From Pseudomonadota bacterium (GTDB taxonomy: Bacteria > Pseudomonadota > Gammaproteobacteria > Burkholderiales > SG8-39), in NCBI GenBank assembly GCA_040752005.1, contig JBFMFX010000009.1, positions 59,543 to 123,542 on the forward strand: DNA of 64,000 nucleotides, given 5' to 3'. This document shows positions 51,164 to 60,409 of the stretch, one piece after another; the first letter of the stretch is position 1, and every line of letters starts with the position of its first letter. Under the pieces are notes generated by a model. The model made no database searches. It was given only the letters and a program-made list of their open reading frames with translations, and had not been told where the DNA came from. Both the position numbers and the translations under genes were made by a program.

Positions 51164-51192
51164 TTGAAAATTGAGCGTCGGACGCTCAGAAT
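51164..51192 (+). promoter_or_regulatory. Candidate sigma70-type promoter with an embedded 17-bp palindrome; would yield a near-leaderless mRNA for the DUF4143 ATPase
   Basis: The -35 element is TTGAAA (51164-51169), followed by a 17-nt spacer and a -10 element CAGAAT (51187-51192). The perfect palindrome TGAGCGTCgGACGCTCA occupies 51172-51188. The ATG at 51199 is only 6 nt past the -10. Confidence 0.4.
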
Positions 51193-51198
51193 GCAAGG

Positions 51199-52353
51199 AT
51201 GCTGGCCCCCCGCATTCCCCGCCCGGCGCTGCTCGAGGCGCTGCGCGCGGCGCTGCGCGACAGCCCGGTCGTCGCGCTGCTCGGGCCGCGCCAGTGCGGC
51301 AAGACGACGCTCGCACGCCAGCTGGCGGGGCCGCGGGCGGAGTATTTCGACCTCGAGGATCCCGCGGACGCGGCGCGCCTCGAGCAGCCGGCGAGCGCGC
51401 TCGCTCCGCTGCGCGGCCTTGCCGTCATTGACGAAGTGCAGCGCGCGCCGCAGCTGCTTGAGGTGCTGCGCGTGCTCGCCGACCGCAAGCCGGTACGGAC
51501 CCGGTTTCTGCTCCTGGGCAGCGCCGCGCCCGAGCTGGTGCGACGCGCATCCGAGACGCTCGCCGGCCGGGTGGCCTTCGTGGACATGGGTGGCTTCACC
51601 CTGGAGGAAGTCGGCGCGGCCCGCCTGCGGCGGCTGTGGCTGCGGGGCGGATTCCCGCGCGCCTTCCTGGCCGCCACGGAGAACGCGAGCCAGCGCTGGC
51701 GGCTGGACTTCGTGCGTACCTTCCTCGAGCGCGACATCCGCGGGTTCGGTTTCGACGTACCGGCGCCGATGTTGCGGCGCTTCTGGATGATGCTGGCGCA
51801 CTATCACGGCGGAGTCTGGAACGGATCCGAGATCGCACGCTCGCTCGGAGTGGCGCACAGCACCGTGCGCCGTCACCTCGACATCCTGGAAGGGGCCATG
51901 ATGGTGCGGGTGCTGCAGCCCTGGCATGAGAACCTCGCCAAGCGGCAGGTGAAGTCGCCGAAGGTGTATCTGCGCGACTCGGGGTTGCTGCACGCGCTTC
52001 TCGGCATCGCGGACTGGCGCGGGCTCGAGCGCCATCCGAAGCTGGGCGCTTCCTGGGAGGGGTTCGTGCTCGAGCAGGTGATCGGCCGCGCCGGCGCGCG
52101 CAACGCCTATTTCTGGGCGACGCAGGCCGGCGCGGAGCTCGACCTGCTGCTCTTCAGTCGCGGCCGGCGGCTCGGTGTGGAGGTGAAGTACGCCGATGCG
52201 CCAAGGCTCGCGAAGTCCATGGCGGTGGCGATGCGCGACCTCGGCCTGGAGCGCCTGTATGTCGTGCATCCGGGCGAGGCGCGCTACGCGCTCGGGCCGC
52301 GCGCCGAGGCGATCGGTCTTGCCGCGTTGCTTGGCGAGCTTCGGCGCCGATGA
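51199..52353 (+). CDS. AAA+ ATPase with a DUF4143-type C-terminal region
   Basis: Walker A is LLGPRQCGKTTLA and Walker B-like is LAVIDEVQRAP. An HTH-like region (EIARSLGVAHSTVRRHLDILE) and a C-terminal ELDLLL...VEVK block are typical of the COG1373 family. Confidence 0.8.
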   Translation: MLAPRIPRPALLEALRAALRDSPVVALLGPRQCGKTTLARQLAGPRAEYFDLEDPADAARLEQPASALAPLRGLAVIDEVQRAPQLLEVLRVLADRKPVRTRFLLLGSAAPELVRRASETLAGRVAFVDMGGFTLEEVGAARLRRLWLRGGFPRAFLAATENASQRWRLDFVRTFLERDIRGFGFDVPAPMLRRFWMMLAHYHGGVWNGSEIARSLGVAHSTVRRHLDILEGAMMVRVLQPWHENLAKRQVKSPKVYLRDSGLLHALLGIADWRGLERHPKLGASWEGFVLEQVIGRAGARNAYFWATQAGAELDLLLFSRGRRLGVEVKYADAPRLAKSMAVAMRDLGLERLYVVHPGEARYALGPRAEAIGLAALLGELRRR

Positions 52354-53561
52354 GCCTTGAAAAGCCCCTGCTGCCGCTGCCGGCGGTGCGGCGCCTGGCC
52401 GCCGACTTCGGCGGTGCCTACGCGGCCAGCGCGCTCGTCGCCTTCATCTTCGCAGCCTCCGGCCCGGTGGCGGTGATCCTCGCCGTCGGCGCGCGCGGCG
52501 GGCTCTCCGAATCCGACCTCGCGTCCTGGATCTTCGGCTCGTTCTTCGCCAACGGCCTGCTCTCGATCGCTTTTTGCCTGCTGTATCGCCAGCCGCTCGT
52601 CTTTTTCTGGACGATTCCCGGCGCGGTGCTCGTGGGGCCGGCACTGGCGCACCTTTCCTTTGCCGAGGTGATCGGCGCCTATCTCGCCACGGGTCTGCTC
52701 ATGCTCGTGCTCGGTGCCTCGGGCTGGGTGCGCCGGGCGATGGAAGCGGTGCCGATGCCGATCGTGATGGGCATGGTCGCCGGCGTGTTCCTGCGCTTCG
52801 GCCTCGACCTGGTGTACGCGATGCGCGACGATTTTCCAGTCGCTGCGCCGATGGTGGCGGCGTTTGTCGCGCTCGCCCTCTGGCAGCGCGCGGCGCGGCT
52901 CGTGCCGCCGCTCATCGGCGCGCTTGCCGCCGGCGGGATCGCGATCGCGGCGCTGGGCCGCTTCGAGCCGGCCAGCGCGCTCTTTTCGTTCGCTGCGCCC
53001 AATCTGTATGCGCCCGCGTTCTCCTGGCAGGCGATGGTCGAGCTGGTGGTACCGCTTGCGATCACGGTGCTGGTGGTGCAGAACGGCCAGGGCGTGGCGG
53101 TGCTCACCGCCGCAGGCCACAAGCCGCCGGTCAACGCGGTCGCCGCCGCCTGCGGGCTGTGGTCGCTCGCCACCGCGTTCGTCGGCACGGTGTCCACCTG
53201 CCTCACCGGGCCGGTGAACGCGATCCTTGCGGCGAGCGGCGAGCGCGAACGCCAGTACACCGCCGGGATCGCGGTCGGGGTGCTCGCGCTCGCCTTCGGC
53301 GCGATGTCGCCGTTCTTCACGCGCCTTCTGCTCGCCACGCCCCCCGCCTTCGTCGCCGCCCTCGCCGGGCTGGCGATGCTGCGGGTACTGCAGACCGCGT
53401 TCAGCATCTCCTTCGGCGGGCGCTTCACGCTCGGGGCGCTGGTGACCTTCCTCGTCACCGTCGCCGACGTGCCGATCCTCAACGTCGGCGCCGCGTTCTG
53501 GGGCCTGGTGTTCGGCGCCCTGGTATCGGCGCTGCTCGAACGGGGAGATTTCAGGCGCTAG
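52350..53561 (+). CDS. benE: BenE-family benzoate/H+ symporter-like transporter
   Basis: A multi-TM protein. The pattern ASALVAFIFAASGPVAVIL...SWIFGSFFANGLLSI...YRQPL fits BenE. ATGA overlap with the upstream gene. Confidence 0.75.
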   Translation: MSLEKPLLPLPAVRRLAADFGGAYAASALVAFIFAASGPVAVILAVGARGGLSESDLASWIFGSFFANGLLSIAFCLLYRQPLVFFWTIPGAVLVGPALAHLSFAEVIGAYLATGLLMLVLGASGWVRRAMEAVPMPIVMGMVAGVFLRFGLDLVYAMRDDFPVAAPMVAAFVALALWQRAARLVPPLIGALAAGGIAIAALGRFEPASALFSFAAPNLYAPAFSWQAMVELVVPLAITVLVVQNGQGVAVLTAAGHKPPVNAVAAACGLWSLATAFVGTVSTCLTGPVNAILAASGERERQYTAGIAVGVLALAFGAMSPFFTRLLLATPPAFVAALAGLAMLRVLQTAFSISFGGRFTLGALVTFLVTVADVPILNVGAAFWGLVFGALVSALLERGDFRR

Positions 53562-56370
53562 ATCGGGCCGGCGCCAGGTCCGGCTCGCCGCAGTGACGCA
53601 GGATCTCGGCGCGCACCGCGTCGCGCAGGCGCACTGCCGCCGCCCAGTCGGCACCCTCGGGCGCGATCGGCGCACCGAAATGCACGCTCACTGGCACCCG
53701 CCGCAGATACCAGGTGCCGTCGCGCATCACCGAACGCACCCCGCGCAGCGCGACCGGGACCACCGGAACGCCCGCGGCCGCGGCCGCCTGGAAGGCGCCG
53801 GTGCGGAATTCCATCAGGCCGGCGTTGCGCGTGAGCGTTCCTTCAGGAAAGACGATGAGCGAGGTGCCGCGGCGCGCGGCCTCGGCGAGTTCGCCTGCGT
53901 GCTCGGCACTCTTTGCCACCTCGAAGCGCTCGACGAAAAGCGTGCCGAAGCCGGCGAGCAGCCGCCTCATCAGCCAGTTGCGGAGAAATTCGCGCTTGGC
54001 GACGAAGGCGTAGCCACGGTAGTCCGCGAGCAGCGCGAGCAGCACCACCGGGTCGAGATAACTCGTGTGGTTGACGGCGAGCACCACCGGCCGCTCGCGC
54101 GGCAGGTTCTCGAGGCCCGAGGCGAGCACCGGGATTCCCGCCAGGCGCAGGAACCAGCGCGAGGCGAAGCTGCCGATCGCCCAGCAGGCGGGCACCGGCG
54201 CGGTGAGCGCAGCGACGAAAGCGATTGGAAAGGCGAGGGCGAAGACCACATAGCCGCGCAGCGCAAAGGCAAGTCCTGCGAACGTCCGCAAGAACCGGCG
54301 CAACTGCGGCGCGGCGCCGGCGAGCATCAGGCGCGCGAACTGCAGCCACACCGGCTGCGGCTTCACCGCCGCCGATCCGCGCTCGTAATACTCGCGCGCC
54401 GCGTTGCGGCGGATCTTGCCGCTGGAGGTCTTCGGCACCGTTCCCGGCGGCGCGAACACGATGTCGTCGGCCGGTCCGCCGATCAGGTTCACCGCCAGCT
54501 CGTTGATCATGCGCCGCAGGGCGTCGTGACGCGAGGTGTCGGCCTCGCGCATCTCGGCGAGCACCACCACGCGCTCGGTGCCGCTGGCTGCGTCGCGAAC
54601 GCCGAACACCGCGACGCAGCCGCGCCGCACGCCGGCGAGATTGCCTACCGCCTGCTCCAGCTCGTAAGGACTGATGTTGCGGCCGCCGCGGATGATGAGA
54701 TCCTTTTCGCGCCCGGTGAGGAACAGATGGCCGTCGGCGAGATAGGCCCGGTCGCCGGTGTTGAGCCACTCGCCGGAGAAGAGCTTCCTTGTCGCTTCCG
54801 GATTGCGGTAGTAGCCCGAGGTCGCCGACGGACCGCGGAACTGAAGCGCGCCCTCCTGGCGCTCGGGCAGCTCCAGCCCCGCCGCGTCCACCACCCGCAC
54901 GTAATGCCCCGGGATCGGCGTGCCGCAGCCCACGAACCTGAGCGGCGCCGGATCGTCGGCCCGGGCGGGTACTGCCTCGCCCCTGCGCGTGAAGGTTTCG
55001 CGGTCCACGCGGTCAATGCGCCAGGGCTCGCCCGGCGGGGTGAACGCGAGCCCCACTGCGCACTCGGCGAGGCCGTAGACCGGGGCAAGCGAATTGCGGC
55101 GAAAGCCCCATCGCGCGAAGCGCTCGGCGAACCCCTCCAGCGTTTCCGGCAGCACCGGTTCGGCGCCGTTGAACGCGAAGCGCCACGAGGAAAGATCCAT
55201 GCCTTCCATGTCCTCGTCGGCGATGCGGCGCAGGCAAAGCTCGTAGGCGAAGTTGGGGCCGCCGGAGATCGTGCCGCGGTGCCGGTGGATCGCGTGCAGC
55301 CAGCGCGCGGGCCGCGCGAGAAACGCGAGCGGCGACATCAGCACCACCGGAAAACCGAGATACATGGTCGCGAAGCAGCCGCCGATCAGGCCCATGTCGT
55401 GGTAGAGCGGCAGCCAGCTCACGAACACATCCTGGTCGGTCGCCTTCGCCGCGGCCGCCATCGCGCGCACGTTGGCGAGCAGGTTCTCGTGCGTGAGCAC
55501 CACGCCCTTGGGGTTGCCGGTGGTTCCGGAGGTGTACTGCAGGAACGCGATGTCGCCGGCGCGCGCGGCGTGCGGCACGTAGCGGCCGCCGCCTTCGAGG
55601 TCGGCGGGCACGAGCACGCCGCGCATCGTCTCCACCTGCGCGCGCAGCAGCCACGCCAGCGCCTTCGCCTCCGGAATCGTGACCATCAGGGCCGCGCCCG
55701 CGCTCCTCAGGATGCCGACGTGGCGCGTCATGTGGTCCTCGATGGTCGAGAGCCGCGCCGGCGGATAGAGCGGCACCGGAATCGCGCCCGCGATCAGCGC
55801 GCCGTAGAAGCAGTAAAGGTACTCCTTGCACGTCGGCAGCATGATCGCCACCCGCTCGCCAGGCGCGAGCCCGGCCGCGGCGAGCCGCGCCGCGTAGCCG
55901 GTCGCGCCTTCCCACAGCGCGCGATAGGTGATCGGGACGGCGGTGTCCTCGTCGTACAGGTGCACGGTGAGCCGATCCGGCTGGCGCTCGACGTGGTATT
56001 CGAGCGCCTCGACGAGCGTCTGCGCATGCGCCGGCGGCCGCACGGCACCGCCGCGCGCGAGGCTCGCGACGCTCGTGTCGGTCGCACGCGGGGCGGCGCC
56101 GATGCTCGAGGCGAGAAAGCGCAGCAGATCGCGCGGCGTCTCGGCGGTCGCGAGCGCCTGCTCCGGAAGGCTCGCGCCGAAGGCGCGCTCCAGGCGCAGC
56201 ATCAGCTCGACGCGTGCGAGGCTGTCCAGCCCCAGTTCCTTCTCCAGCGAGGAGTCGAGCGTGGCGTGCGGCACCAGGCCCGGGCGCGCCTCGCGCGCCA
56301 CCGCCGCGACGATCTCCAGCACGCGGTCGGCTTCGATCGGCGGGCGCGCGCTCGCGGCGGGGTCACTCAT
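53551..56370 (-). CDS. Tri-domain lipid-modifying enzyme: carrier protein (PP-binding), acyl-AMP ligase and lysophospholipid acyltransferase (PlsC-like)
   Basis: The carrier Ser motif is ELGLDSLARVEL. The AMP-binding motifs are LQYTSGTTGNPKGV and YLNTGD-like (WLNTGDRAY). The acyltransferase HX4D motif is VNHTSYLD. ATG is at 56370; the upstream 225 aa of the track ORF were discarded. Confidence 0.85.
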   Translation of the reverse strand: MSDPAASARPPIEADRVLEIVAAVAREARPGLVPHATLDSSLEKELGLDSLARVELMLRLERAFGASLPEQALATAETPRDLLRFLASSIGAAPRATDTSVASLARGGAVRPPAHAQTLVEALEYHVERQPDRLTVHLYDEDTAVPITYRALWEGATGYAARLAAAGLAPGERVAIMLPTCKEYLYCFYGALIAGAIPVPLYPPARLSTIEDHMTRHVGILRSAGAALMVTIPEAKALAWLLRAQVETMRGVLVPADLEGGGRYVPHAARAGDIAFLQYTSGTTGNPKGVVLTHENLLANVRAMAAAAKATDQDVFVSWLPLYHDMGLIGGCFATMYLGFPVVLMSPLAFLARPARWLHAIHRHRGTISGGPNFAYELCLRRIADEDMEGMDLSSWRFAFNGAEPVLPETLEGFAERFARWGFRRNSLAPVYGLAECAVGLAFTPPGEPWRIDRVDRETFTRRGEAVPARADDPAPLRFVGCGTPIPGHYVRVVDAAGLELPERQEGALQFRGPSATSGYYRNPEATRKLFSGEWLNTGDRAYLADGHLFLTGREKDLIIRGGRNISPYELEQAVGNLAGVRRGCVAVFGVRDAASGTERVVVLAEMREADTSRHDALRRMINELAVNLIGGPADDIVFAPPGTVPKTSSGKIRRNAAREYYERGSAAVKPQPVWLQFARLMLAGAAPQLRRFLRTFAGLAFALRGYVVFALAFPIAFVAALTAPVPACWAIGSFASRWFLRLAGIPVLASGLENLPRERPVVLAVNHTSYLDPVVLLALLADYRGYAFVAKREFLRNWLMRRLLAGFGTLFVERFEVAKSAEHAGELAEAARRGTSLIVFPEGTLTRNAGLMEFRTGAFQAAAAAGVPVVPVALRGVRSVMRDGTWYLRRVPVSVHFGAPIAPEGADWAAAVRLRDAVRAEILRHCGEPDLAPARSSA

Positions 56371-56413
56371 CGGAGCGTCGAGTGTACACTCCGTTGCGGG
56401 AGGAAATCGCCCG

Positions 56414-57439
56414 TTGCCGCCGCAGCCGCCGCCCGGCCCGCTCGCGAAACTGCTTCCGGTCGCGCGCCCGGTGTCGTTCGTCAGGGGCGCCCTGCTCGTG
56501 CGGCAAGGCGCGCCGACGCGGGGCGCGTTCCTGATCGGTTCGGGCGAAGCCGAGGCGCGCGTCGCGCTGCCCGGCGGCGGCTCGCACGCGGTGGCGCACT
56601 TCGGTCCCGGCGACATGTTCGGCGAGATGGCGCTCATCGAGCGCGGTACCTGCTCGGCGAGCGTGGTCGCGCTCACGGGAGTGGACGGATGGTTCGTCGC
56701 GCGCGACGACTTCAGGGCGCTCGTTGCGGGCCGGGATCCGCAGGCGCTCGAAATGCAGCGCAGGATTGCGCGCACGCTCGCCGAGCGGCTGCGCGCGCTC
56801 AATGCGCGCGTCGCCGAATGGCCCGCGGCCGAAGACCGGCCGGCAGGCCATCCGCCGCCCGCCTCCGATCCGCTTGCGGCCGCGCCGCGCTCGCGCCGTG
56901 CCTCGTTCGACTGGCGCGCGTTTCTGCCGTTGCTCGCGTTCTTCGAGGGCTTCGATCCGGACGCGATGGACGAGATCGCCGCGATCGGGCAGGTGCTGGA
57001 ACTGGAGCGCGGCGCCTGGGTGTTCGCCGAAGGGTTGCCCGCCACGGCCGCGTATCTCGTCGTGCGCGGGGCGGTCGAGGTGCTCGCCCGCGCCGGTGGG
57101 CGCGAGCGGCGCGTCGCGATCGCCGGACCGGGCGAGCTGGTCGGCTACGTCGCGCTGCTCACCGGCGAGCCGCACGGGGCCAACGCGCGTGTGCGCGAGG
57201 CGGCGTGCCTGCTGGAGTTCGCGCGCGCGCCGTTCCTGGCGATCTACGAGGGCAACTCGGCCACCACGGTGAGCCTGCAGCACGCGATCCATCGCAGCCT
57301 GCTGCGCTCGATCGCGCGCACCAACAGCCGGCTCGCCCGGCTGGTCGCCCACGCGCGCCTGGAGCACTCGGCGCGGCAGGCCGAAGCGCTCGAGCTGGCG
57401 CGCGCTCAGGCCGAGATGGCGACGCTCGCAGGCGCCTGA
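56414..57439 (+). CDS. Tandem cyclic-nucleotide-binding-domain protein
   Basis: There are two cNMP-like units (FGPGDMFGEMALI... and IAGPGELVGYVALL...). The start is uncertain: TTG at 56414 or GTG at 56471. It is divergent from the tri-domain gene. Confidence 0.65.
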   Translation: MPPQPPPGPLAKLLPVARPVSFVRGALLVRQGAPTRGAFLIGSGEAEARVALPGGGSHAVAHFGPGDMFGEMALIERGTCSASVVALTGVDGWFVARDDFRALVAGRDPQALEMQRRIARTLAERLRALNARVAEWPAAEDRPAGHPPPASDPLAAAPRSRRASFDWRAFLPLLAFFEGFDPDAMDEIAAIGQVLELERGAWVFAEGLPATAAYLVVRGAVEVLARAGGRERRVAIAGPGELVGYVALLTGEPHGANARVREAACLLEFARAPFLAIYEGNSATTVSLQHAIHRSLLRSIARTNSRLARLVAHARLEHSARQAEALELARAQAEMATLAGA

Positions 57440-57530
57440 AACCGCGCCGCACGCAGGTTCGCCGGCGCGGGCAGAAGCCGCCTTCCTTCGACCGCCTGCA
57501 CCGCGAGATCAGCAAAGTAAACGCGGGCCG

Positions 57531-59159
57531 TCACGGCATGTTCTCGACCATGCGCGGATCGGCCGCGAGCTGCGCCGCGCGCCAGAGCGCCATCGTGCCG
57601 CTGCGGTAGCGGCTCTGAAAGTCCGGTGCGGCCGGCCCGGTCCACAGCCGGCGGCGGCCCCGGTAGTACGCGAGCACGTAGCCGCCCGGATGCGCGCGCA
57701 CCCACGCCGGCACCGCGGCCCGATCGAGCAATGCGATCGGCTGGCGCAGGCGGCCGTGGAAGTGATATTGCCCGTGGTATGCGCCGACGATCGCGAGCGG
57801 CGCGCCGGCGGCTTCGAGCTGCGCAAGGCGCTCGCTCATCGGCCGCACGTCGTAGGCCGGCCAGGTGGCGCGTGTGATCGCCCAAGCGCCGAGCAAGATC
57901 GCGGCGCAGGTGCATGCCGCGAGCAGCCGCGCCTGGCGCGCAGGCGGCGCGCGTCGCGCTGCGAGCACCACCGCTCCGATCCCGGCGAGTCCCGCTCCCG
58001 CCCATCCGATCGGACCGGCGGCGAGCACCGCGGAACCCGGCGCCGCGGCCACGGGCCCTGCGCCGAGGGCGAGCGCAAACAGTGCCGCCGCGCCGGCGAA
58101 ACAGACGAGCGCCGGCAACGCCGCCGATGCGTCCGCCGCCCGTTGCGCCGCGTGCAGGCCGCGCGCAAGGAGCAGCGCGAGCGCCGGAAAGCCGAGCAGG
58201 AGGTAATGGGCCTGCTTGCCGCTGATGAGCGAGAAGATGGCGAGCGTTCCGACAGCCCACAGCACGCACAGCCGCACACCCGGATCGGGCGCAATCGCCC
58301 GCAGGCGCGCGAGCGCCCGCCAGGCGCCCGGCCAGACCGACCACGGAAACAGCACCAGCGGCAGCAGCGGCAGGTACCACCATAGCGGGCGCTGGTGCGA
58401 GAACGAGTTCACCGTGTAGCCGAGCGTCTGGCGCAGCGTCATGTCGCGCAGATACTCCGCGTCGGAGGCGAGCGCCATCGGCACCAGCCAGGTGAGCGCG
58501 ACGAGCAGCGCGACGCCTGCGGCGGCGAGCGCACCGAGGTACCAGCGCCGCCCGCCGACCGCACCGCACGACCACCAGCGGGCCCCGACAACCGTGAACA
58601 GCGCGGGCAGGAACACCACCGGCCCCTTGGCAAGCACGCCCAGACCGAGCGCGACGCCGGCCCAGACGTATGCGCGCGCGTTCCGATCCTGCGCGGCGCG
58701 CAGGAGCGCGAGAACCGAGGCGAGCGCGAAGAATCCCAGCATGGTGTCGAACATCAGCGCCGAGCAGAACCATGCCCAGAGTAACGAGCCGAGCAGCAGC
58801 CAGGGTGCGAGCTCTGCCACAGGCGCCTGCTGCGGCCAGAGCCGGCGCGCGATCGCCGCGGTGAGCGCAAGCTGACCAGCCCCGAACATTGCGGGCAGAA
58901 GGCGCGGCCACCATTCGTTGACGCCGAACATCGCCCAGCCGGCGTGCATCAGCCAGAAAAGCAGCGGGGGCTTGCCGTCGTAGTAGCGGCCGTTGAGATA
59001 GGGCACCGCCCAGCTCTCGCGCCACCACATCTCCCAGCCGACCGCGAGGTAACGTGTCTCGTCTATCGGCAACGCCGGTCGCAGCGCGAGCATCGCGCCG
59101 GCGAGCAAGCCGCACAGCCAGAGCCATCCCGGCGGGTATGTGAGCGGACGCGGAAACAT
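57531..59159 (-). CDS. Glycosyltransferase family 39 (ArnT/PMT-like) membrane protein
   Basis: DETRYLAVGWEMW...YDGKPPLLFWLMHAGW is followed by many TM segments. Confidence 0.82.
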   Translation of the reverse strand: MFPRPLTYPPGWLWLCGLLAGAMLALRPALPIDETRYLAVGWEMWWRESWAVPYLNGRYYDGKPPLLFWLMHAGWAMFGVNEWWPRLLPAMFGAGQLALTAAIARRLWPQQAPVAELAPWLLLGSLLWAWFCSALMFDTMLGFFALASVLALLRAAQDRNARAYVWAGVALGLGVLAKGPVVFLPALFTVVGARWWSCGAVGGRRWYLGALAAAGVALLVALTWLVPMALASDAEYLRDMTLRQTLGYTVNSFSHQRPLWWYLPLLPLVLFPWSVWPGAWRALARLRAIAPDPGVRLCVLWAVGTLAIFSLISGKQAHYLLLGFPALALLLARGLHAAQRAADASAALPALVCFAGAAALFALALGAGPVAAAPGSAVLAAGPIGWAGAGLAGIGAVVLAARRAPPARQARLLAACTCAAILLGAWAITRATWPAYDVRPMSERLAQLEAAGAPLAIVGAYHGQYHFHGRLRQPIALLDRAAVPAWVRAHPGGYVLAYYRGRRRLWTGPAAPDFQSRYRSGTMALWRAAQLAADPRMVENMP

Positions 59160-59240
59160 CAGATCGCGCGACGTCGAAGCGGCCGAATCCTACCCGATCG
59201 GACGCTGTCAGCGCGGCGCAAGCCCGGCGTCAGCCGCAGG

Positions 59241-60164
59241 TCAGTCGAACAGGCGCAGCGCCAGCCGCGGGCGGCCGCCGCGGATCTCGGCAAAGAGCGC
59301 GCCGTATTCCGGCAGCTCGACCCAGGCGGAAGTGTCCTGCGTGAGCGGTTCGGAGGCGACCAGAATCGAGTCGGCGTTTTCGGCGCCGCCGGTCATCCTC
59401 CACTCGCCCTCGTGCAGGCCGTAGTCGGCGCCGAGCGTGTACCAGAGCGACAGGAACGCGAGGTTCGCCTCGTGCACCTTCGCCGGATCGTCGGTGCGGT
59501 AATGGCCGAAGTCGAAGCAGTAGCGCAACGCCGCAAGCTGCGTGCCGTTGGCGATGAACAGGTTCACCGACGACGACAGCGAGATGCCGAGCCTGGCGCG
59601 CGCGGCGCGGATCGCGCCGAGCGCCGCTTCCAGCGCCGCGAACACCTCGGCCGCGGAAGCGGGTCCGGCCGGGTCCGGCAGATGCGAGACAAACAGCGCG
59701 TAGATCCACTCGCTGTCGGTGCTGCCGCGGATCGCGCGCCGGAACTCGGGCTTCACGTGCGGTGCGAGCAACGGCTTCATGTCGAGGATGCCGGCGAGGT
59801 CGCCGTTGTGCGCGAGGCACCAGGGCACGCCTTCGAACTGGAAGGGGTGGACGTTGGCGAGCGAGATGTCCACCGCGGTGGAATAGGCGACTCCGCGCAC
59901 GTGCGCGAGCACGCAGGCCGCGCGCACCTTCTCGGCGAGGCTCTTCAGGTTGCGGTCGAACACCGGCAGCGAAGTCGAGCCGTAGAAGAAGGGTTTCTCC
60001 GGTGCGTGCGAGTCCGGTGCCCAGGCGCGCATGCCGAAGCCGGCGAGGTTGAGCATGTGCAGCATCTTCGGCATGTAGCTCTGCCGGATGAGCGCCGAGT
60101 CCGGCTGAAAAAGCAGGTTGTCGAGCAACACCGGAGCGCCAAGGTAGGCGAGCGCGCGGCACAC
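59241..60164 (-). CDS. Class II (Ntn) glutamine amidotransferase-like protein
   Basis: A GTG start gives M-CRALAYLG with Cys2 as nucleophile, plus HVRGVAY...NVHPF...LAHNGDL. The upstream 30 aa of the track ORF were discarded. Confidence 0.75.
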   Translation of the reverse strand: MCRALAYLGAPVLLDNLLFQPDSALIRQSYMPKMLHMLNLAGFGMRAWAPDSHAPEKPFFYGSTSLPVFDRNLKSLAEKVRAACVLAHVRGVAYSTAVDISLANVHPFQFEGVPWCLAHNGDLAGILDMKPLLAPHVKPEFRRAIRGSTDSEWIYALFVSHLPDPAGPASAAEVFAALEAALGAIRAARARLGISLSSSVNLFIANGTQLAALRYCFDFGHYRTDDPAKVHEANLAFLSLWYTLGADYGLHEGEWRMTGGAENADSILVASEPLTQDTSAWVELPEYGALFAEIRGGRPRLALRLFD

Positions 60165-60409
60165 GGCCCGACTCCTACGCGCTCCTCGGCCGCTCGGCCC
60201 GGCGCCGCCTGACCGCGGGCGTGGGCGGGTGCGACAGCGCCGCGCCCGGCGCACCCGGGCAGCTTGCGCGCACCTGCGGCTGCGAGGTCCGGAGCGCGGT
60301 GCGGTCGAGGGCTGCGAGCGTCATCGTCTCGTTCTCGTCGGTGGCGCGCGCCCGCCGCTCGCGCCGGTCGGGTCGGAGCGCTCGCCTGAGGTAAGCTTGA
60401 TGGTAGCGC

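Noticed and set aside
57442-57472. An 8-bp-stem hairpin, CCGCGCCG ... CGGCGCGG, between the convergent cNMP-binding and GT39 genes, considered as a bidirectional terminator.
   Set aside because: The loop is 13 nt and there is no T/A-run on either side. GC-only stems of this size are common by chance at this base composition.
53593-57609. A 1338-aa plus-strand ORF, and the 56371..57045 extension of the minus-strand ORF.
   Set aside because: The plus-strand ORF is antisense to the tri-domain acyl-ligase gene. The minus-strand extension precedes a well-placed ATG at 56370 that begins the carrier domain. Both are low-complexity.
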